A stretch of DNA of 64,000 nucleotides from the human T2T-CHM13v2.0 reference genome, Homo sapiens. Positions 57,211-64,000 of this stretch are shown here, piece by piece; position 1 is the stretch's first letter, and every line of letters begins with the position of its first letter. A model generated the notes under the pieces. That model was given only the letters and a program-made list of their open reading frames with translations. It had not been told where the DNA came from and did not search any database. Where the stretch lies: NCBI RefSeq assembly GCF_009914755.1, contig NC_060925.1; one strand, written 5' to 3'. The translations under genes and the position numbers were made by a program.

Positions 57211-57999
57211 AATGGGCTCCAGGAAAATCCAGACTAAAGGTGTTGTGTTGGTTTGCAATCTCCTTGCTTAACTTTCTGATACTAGACGTAAATAGATTGG
57301 TGAAAAATTTTGTGATTGAAGAAATGTACATGAAACCTACAGTGTACAGAGAAGCATCTGTTAGTTATAAGATAAATACTGATAATTTTAGTTGAAAATG
57401 ACATATGACTGTTAATATCTCACATAACATTCTGAGTTACTCAAGAATGCATAAAAGAGGCACTAGATACTCTTCTCATGTATGTGTGTGTGTCTGTCTA
57501 TACATGGATGTACACTTCATGGTGCATCAGCTGGCGGAACCCTCAGGACACCCCTTCACATCCTCAGTGCCCCATTTCACACATGAGGAAACTGTTCATG
57601 ACAGCACATGGCTGATTTGCATAAAAGTCACTTGGTCAGCAGTTGTCGAAGCTGAAATTGGAATCTAGGTCTGTCTGACCTTAACTTATGTTCCTTCCAC
57701 AGAGCCACGTTCATTCCATAGAGGGACCCACCACCTATAAAACCAGAAAAGAGACAAAGCCAGAAGTGCAGGGTGGATTTCTTAACACAAGCTCACTACG
57801 ACCTCTAGTCCTCATCACGCTGACACTAAGCTTAAACCCAGACCCTTCTACAGTTTTGTCTACAAAGCACAATTTGCCCAAAGCCTTTACAAACACCAAC
57901 AGCCTTTCTTTCAGATATGGCAGCAGGGTCACATCTTACACGGCCCTGACCACATTTTGTCTCCTCTGCCATCCCCATCTCTCTGACTCAGTCCTCGCT

Positions 58000-58349
58000 T
58001 GCAGCCATGAAAAAGGATGAGTTCATGTCCTTTGTAGGGACATGGATGAAGCTGGAAACCATCATTCTCAGCAAACTATCGCAAGGACAAAAAACCAATC
58101 ACTGCATGTTCTCACTCATAGGTGGGAATTGAACAATGAGAACACTTGGACACAGGAAGGGGAATATCACACACCGGGGACTGTTGTGGGGTGTGGGGAG
58201 GGGGGAGGGATAGCATTAGGAGATATACCTAATGTAAATGACGAGTTAATGGGTGCAGCGCACCAACATGGCACATGTATACATATGTAACAAACCTGCA
58301 TGTTGTGCACATGTAACCTAGAACTTAACAATAATAATAATAATAAAAA
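58000..58349 (+). mobile_element. 5'-truncated L1PA 3' end
   Basis: ggatgagttcatgtcctttgtagggacatggatgaagctggaaacc...gcacatgtaacctagaactt plus (AAT)n tail. Confidence 0.95.
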
Positions 58350-58652
58350 GAATGGGTCTTGTACATCCAATTTGCCCTATGAATGTTAAAACAGCAAACC
58401 CGCATCCCCTTCCTCTTCTCATGTGCTGTGAGAGATGACCTCCAGGCTCTCAGATACCAAGATTGTACAAGACCTAACCCAGAGAATTACTCAAGACACT
58501 TTCTACGTAAGAAGAATTGTGGTACTAGCTCTCCTCATAGAAAAATGTTTTCTGTCTCTTGTTGAAATTGACAGCAAACACAAAAACACAGAACTACTTG
58601 GGAGAACAGAGGACAGTGATACACTAGGGAAGTAAAACACACCCCTTCCCCT

Positions 58653-59112
58653 TGCATTGGTTTCCTGTTGCTGCTGTAACAAATTACCACAACTTTACTG
58701 CTCCACATCACACAAGTGTATTATCTTACATTTCTGGAGGTCAGAAGTCTCAATGAAGTAAAATCAAGGAGTAATAGGGCTCTATTCATTCTAGGCTTCA
58801 AGAGAGAGAATCCAATGTCGAGCATTCCATCTTTCTGATGTTCCCACATTCCTAGCAGCATGGCCCCTTCCTCCATCACTCCAGTTTCCCTGTCCATTGT
58901 CCCAGGTCCTCTCTGGCTGTTACCTTCCTCCCTCCCTATTGTAAGGACCCTTGTGATTATGATGGTCTCACCCAGATAATTCAGGATATTCTCCTGACCT
59001 CAAAATTCTCAACCATGTCTGCCAAGTTATTTTTGACTTGTTCATAAGTAATGATCATAGATTCCAGATATTAGGACAATGATGTCTTTAGTGGGTGTAT
59101 TATTCATTCCAC
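58653..59112 (-). mobile_element. MLT1 (MaLR) LTR, reverse orientation
   Basis: gctgctgtaacaaattaccaca...tctggaggtcagaagtc...taaggacccttgtgattat. Confidence 0.8.
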
Positions 59113-61311
59113 AAACAACTCTCATCATCCACACAATGGCCTTCCCCTAAGGTAGAATAAAAATATCACAAGGCAGATTTATGAGGCGATCGACCTAGAA
59201 AAAACATGAGACTCTAGGACTGTCTGATGTGTGGATGTCAAATCCTGGGAGATTCTGAGCCTCTGCTCTATGTGGACTCTATATTGTGTAGCCATTTGTG
59301 GAAGGCTTCTGTGATTTTGTGACCTAGAGAAAACGAATCTCTGCTAAAATCAAATCTAAGAAAGATTGGCAAAGGGAATTTAAAGATTTCCTAAATTTTT
59401 GGAATTTCCCTAGGCATTAAAACATGAGAAGTGGCAATAATTCAAACCAACGATGCCCTCCAAGAATGAGGATTTTTCCAATGCATTAGGTTGGGTCCCC
59501 TCAGTGAGAAGGATGCCAAAGATTCGCATGCAGGCAGTATATTTACAAAGTGCGGGAAACAAGCAAGTGAGCAAGGGAGGGGAGGAGGGAAAGGGAAAGT
59601 GAAAAGTGCCTCAGAAGGAGCCACCTCTGAGGATGACGAGCGCTCAAGCCCACATAGAAACACAGGAAAAATGCCTCTGTTATTCCACCTGAGAGGTGAG
59701 GGAGCTGGGGGATGTGTACACCTCCCTTGTCATCACTGATTGACAACCGTCCTAGGGGATGCTAATTCCAGGCCATGAGGTCTGCCTCATTTGCAGCCTG
59801 AGCTGCTTCCCCAGGTTCAGATAGAGCAGTGAAGGGGAGAAAGGGCCATAGAGAGTCAGCTGAAGTATAATGTCTAGAATCCCCAAGGCATAGTAACAAT
59901 GACTGCTAAAATTATGCACAAAGAAAAAGTGCATTTGAATCCAGAGATGTATCTCTCTGAATCTGGATATATGGATCCTGGCAGCCTGTTTGGTAGCCAT
60001 TTCCCAGAAATCCAGTCCTCTGGAAAAGCAGGAGGAGGTTTGTGCATAGGCTGCACTACCTTGGTCTGGCCATGCGTAGTCGTGCATGAGAACTACTCCC
60101 TGGAGTATTTCTCAGTCCACTGACACTGATGTAATTGGCTCCACTTCCCCTGCTGTTGAGCCAGGCCGACACGCCCTGGGCAAAGGCATCTGTGTGAAGT
60201 ATTGAGGTTCAAATCAGTGCTTAAGATATGTTTGGATGCAAAACACTTTTTCATCTACATGGGCAGTGTCTTGGCAGAGGATGGAGATTCTCTCTAAATG
60301 CATGTGAGACAGGGTGGCTGGCATCTGGGTCAGGATGATGCCCTGGTGCATGGCAAGAACATGCCTTGTGCAGCAGCTGCCCTCGCTAAGGAGAGAGGCT
60401 CACTGACCTGGCTTTTCCCCCTCACCTGCTCTCCAGAAAGCCAGACTCTAGGGCAGATGCTCCTGAGACCCCAGGAACAGGCTGGTGGGGAGCGCAGCTC
60501 AGAGCATTACTCAGGGGATGTGGCCTTTGTCATCCTACTTTGAAACAATTGACTATTTGGGCCTAGATTGATACAGGGCTTCAAGTTGATTTTAATCCAG
60601 GCTCCTATAGTCAGCGAGTGAAACAGAGATTTTAGTTGAAATAATGAGACCTGGTATTACTAGTCAGCTCTCCATGCTGGAGAACCATAAGAAATTATAC
60701 CAAAGGCAGGAAAGGGGATAGAATATGGGGATCATCACACCAAGAATAAGGTGCAGCCCATTTAGCCCCTGGGTCTTAAAGAGACCCATAGCTCTGGATA
60801 ATGGCAGATCTATGCGTGACACAGTTATCATCTTTGTGCATCTTCAGAGAATTGTTTTTCCTTTTACTCCTAGGGACAATGTCTTAAGTTTGTTAGTAAA
60901 TTCTATTGAATTTATTAAAGATGCTTCTGATAAATTCTTTTTATATTCATTTCAAACAAGAAGCAATTTCACACTGACATTGTTATTATAGCACTAAATA
61001 CTTTTACACTCATCAAATTCCTTTGAGACTAACTGAAATTTCTGACAGCCCCACATTCTACAACTTTATTGTAAATTTTCTGCCAAAAATGATGCTTTCC
61101 TATACACTCCTAATACAAGTATAAATATATTATTTAATCTAGTCTTAGGTTGATTTAAAATTTTGAAAATTCACTCCAAACATATGTTCTGTAACCATAT
61201 GGCCACCAATGAGAAATGCATTCTTTCAAGGTAAATCTGTGCTGCCCTGGTTTGACCTGGGACTCTGGGGATACTGCGCCCCTGTGCTGAGTTACTGAGA
61301 TGAGCCAGCCC

Positions 61312-61393
61312 TGCAGCTGTGCTCAGCCTGCCCCATCCCCTGCTGATTTGCCTGTTCCTAGAGCACAGCCCCCTGCCCTGAAGACTTTTTATA
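61312..61393 (+). promoter_or_regulatory. Vkappa promoter remnant: pentadecamer TGCAGCTGTGCTCAG (61312), mutated octamer ATTTGCCT (61346), TATA-like TTTATA (61388)
   Basis: Order and spacing match the Vkappa promoter layout. The octamer differs from the ATTTGCAT consensus at one position. Confidence 0.8.
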
Positions 61394-61445
61394 GGCTGGT
61401 CACACCCGGTGCAGGAGTCAGCCCCAGTCAGGACACAGCACAGAC

Positions 61446-61916
61446 ATGAGGGCCCCCACTCAGCTCCTGGGGCTCCTGGTGCTCTGGCTGCCAGGTAAGG
61501 AAGGAGAACACTAGGATTATACTCGGTCAGTGTGCTCAGTACTGTCTGGAACTTCAGGGAAGTCCTCTGATAACATGATTAATTGCGACAATATTTGTTT
61601 TTATGTTTCCAACTTCAGGTGCCAGATGTGACATCCAGATGACCCAGTCTCCATCCTCCCTGTCTGCATCTGTAGGAGACAGAGTCACCATCACTTGCCG
61701 GGCGAGTCAGGGCATTAGCAATAATTTAAATTGGTATCAGCAGAAACCAGGGAAAACTCCTAAGCTCCTGATCTATGCTGCATCCAGTCTGCAAAGTGGG
61801 ATTCCCTCTCGGTTCAGTGACAGTGGATCTGGGGCAGACTACACTCTCACCATCCGCAGCCTGCAGCCTGAAGATTTTGCAACTTATTACTGTCAACAGA
61901 GTGACAGTACCCCTCC
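61446..61916 (+). pseudogene. IGKV1OR1-1: Immunoglobulin kappa variable subgroup 1 orphon (probably IGKV1OR1-1): leader exon 61446-61494, intron 61495-61618, V exon 61619-61916
   Basis: Leader MRAPTQLLGLLVLWLP(G), GT-AG intron, then [26 protein letters not shown]...WYQQKPGK...[15 protein letters not shown] with both Cys and the Trp intact. No other V, J or C segment in the window. IGKV1 identity ~0.98; exact orphon name from recalled position (~0.6). Confidence 0.9.
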
Positions 61917-61944
61917 CACAGCGTTACAAGTCATAACATAATCC
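61917..61944 (+). promoter_or_regulatory. Degenerate 12-bp-spacer recombination signal sequence
   Basis: Heptamer CACAGCG (consensus CACAGTG), 12-nt spacer TTACAAGTCATA, nonamer ACATAATCC (consensus ACAAAAACC). Confidence 0.9.
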
Positions 61945-62880
61945 CCAAGGAAGCAGATGTGTGAGGCTGGGCTGCCCCAATGCTCCTTCCGGTGCCTCTA
62001 TCTGCTGAGGGAAGTTCTCAAACTCAGTCAGGTTTGGAAAGTCATTGGGAGATTTTCCTAGAGGAGGCCAGGGAGGTTCCTCTGAACCCTAAGCCTCTTT
62101 CACCCTCATCCCCAGCAGAAAAGATGTGACAATGCCTGTCCTGACTGAATAAAGAAGAGAGATAAGTCCAACTGAGGAGTCTGTGTTATGGGATAATCGG
62201 AATTTGTACAGCAAAAGAGAAGCTATTCTCAGTATTTCAAGGAGAAATTATTCAAGTTGAATAAATTAGAGCCTAAACCACAGTCTTTCCGAAGCCTATG
62301 GAATGTTATTCATGAAGCAGGTACTAGACACAGGGGATTCTCAGGTGCTACTTCAGAAGCCAGGGTGCACCTGCCCCTGGTGGTATGTGCTGAACACCGT
62401 GTGATGATCCTCAGTCCTGTCTGGGAAGCCCAGGTCTTCCCAGACAGGAATGCTTTGATAAATCCACTGCTAGGTAGGTAATTCTTCTGTAACATTAATA
62501 ATTCGGTTTTACTTTTGGATCCTAAAGTGGAACTACTTAGAAAATCTGCAAAAATCATGCAAAGAAAATCATGTAAAATCATGATCTTTACTTAGGCACT
62601 TACAGGTGAAATGACGAGGTATCTGGAATTGCATTAAAATAGATCAAGGTGAAAAAGACTGACAAAAACATTAACTGTTAAAACTTGGGGCTATATATCA
62701 AAGACATTAGTTTCTCTATGAGTATATTTCAAATTTTCCTCAATAAATTTTTTAAAAATTCAATTTAAAATTCAAGCCACAAATAAATGCTTTTTAAAAA
62801 TTTCTTAGATTATACAAATAGTGCCATAACATCAAGAATAATCCCAAATCATTCCATATACTTCAAAAGATACAAAACCA

Positions 62881-63228
<348 letters not shown>

Positions 63229-63328
63229 TTAGTTAAGAAAAAGAAGAAAAAAATATTCCCTAGATTCAGCCAGTTCCTTATCTCTACTGTCCTTCAGAGT
63301 CAAATTTCTTAAAAAAATAAGCAACTCT

Positions 63329-63702
<374 letters not shown>

Positions 63703-64000
63703 TTACTGAGGCTGCTTTAGTAAGGGTACTAGTAAGCTTCCAACTGGCAACTCCAAATGACTATTTTCAGTATACAACTTACTTGGAGTCTACTTAGCAT
63801 CTTCAGTTATTGAACTTCCTCCTTTAACTCACTTCCAAAATACTACTCTCTCCTCCTTCCTTCTCTATTTCTTTGTTGGCTCTTCTTCCTCTGCCTTCTC
63901 TTCAAATATTTCTACTTCCTCTCACTCCTTCTAGTTCTCTTTTCTGTTTCCACAATACTTGTTCTATCAACTACTCCTTTCACTTCATTCACAATAATAC

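Noticed and set aside
57613-57622. Perfect Ig decamer TGATTTGCAT 3.8 kb upstream of the orphon
   Set aside because: Too far from the leader and lies in MIR-like sequence; likely chance.
58042-58370. ORFs MDEAGNHHSQQTIARTK... and the reverse-strand equivalents (also 13152..13415)
   Set aside because: L1PA ORF2-end/3'UTR sequence read in non-coding frames.
61446-61944. Part of the functional IGK locus
   Set aside because: A single V gene with no neighbouring V/J/C, defective octamer and RSS, and linkage to an SRGAP2 duplicate.

Overview
Primate (almost certainly human) genomic DNA with two juxtaposed blocks. Block 1 (1 to ~47,734) is the 3' part of a truncated, duplicated SRGAP2 gene on the + strand. 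It has six intact phase-0 coding exons (conventional coding exons 4-9; F-BAR/F-BARx residues ~142-452). Exon 9 reads through its donor into intron 9 to give the VRECYGF* tail known for the human-specific paralogs. No RhoGAP/SH3 exons follow. The residue pattern R205, H235, R250, L367 argues against both SRGAP2A and SRGAP2C and for the B/D lineage. The + orientation and the neighbouring Vkappa orphon favour SRGAP2D (recalled, not verified). Block 2 begins at an Alu cut off mid-element (~47,734), which I interpret as the duplication breakpoint. It holds pericentromeric-type duplicon sequence: old L1, a 1.7-kb strand-asymmetric GC-rich (GCCGCGGCTTTTTGCCC)n repeat, LTRs, and an IGKV1 orphon. The orphon has an open leader+V frame but a mutated octamer, first ATG and RSS. 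The rest is Alu/L1/L2/MIR/MER/MLT-rich intron. Nearly all ORFs in the supplied track are artefacts. I cannot demonstrate a wholly new system. The best leads are the base-level breakpoint, possible re-initiation from the supposedly dead copy, possible SRGAP2-to-Vkappa splicing, and the GC repeat. Reference comparisons and repeat subfamily names are from memory, not from a search.
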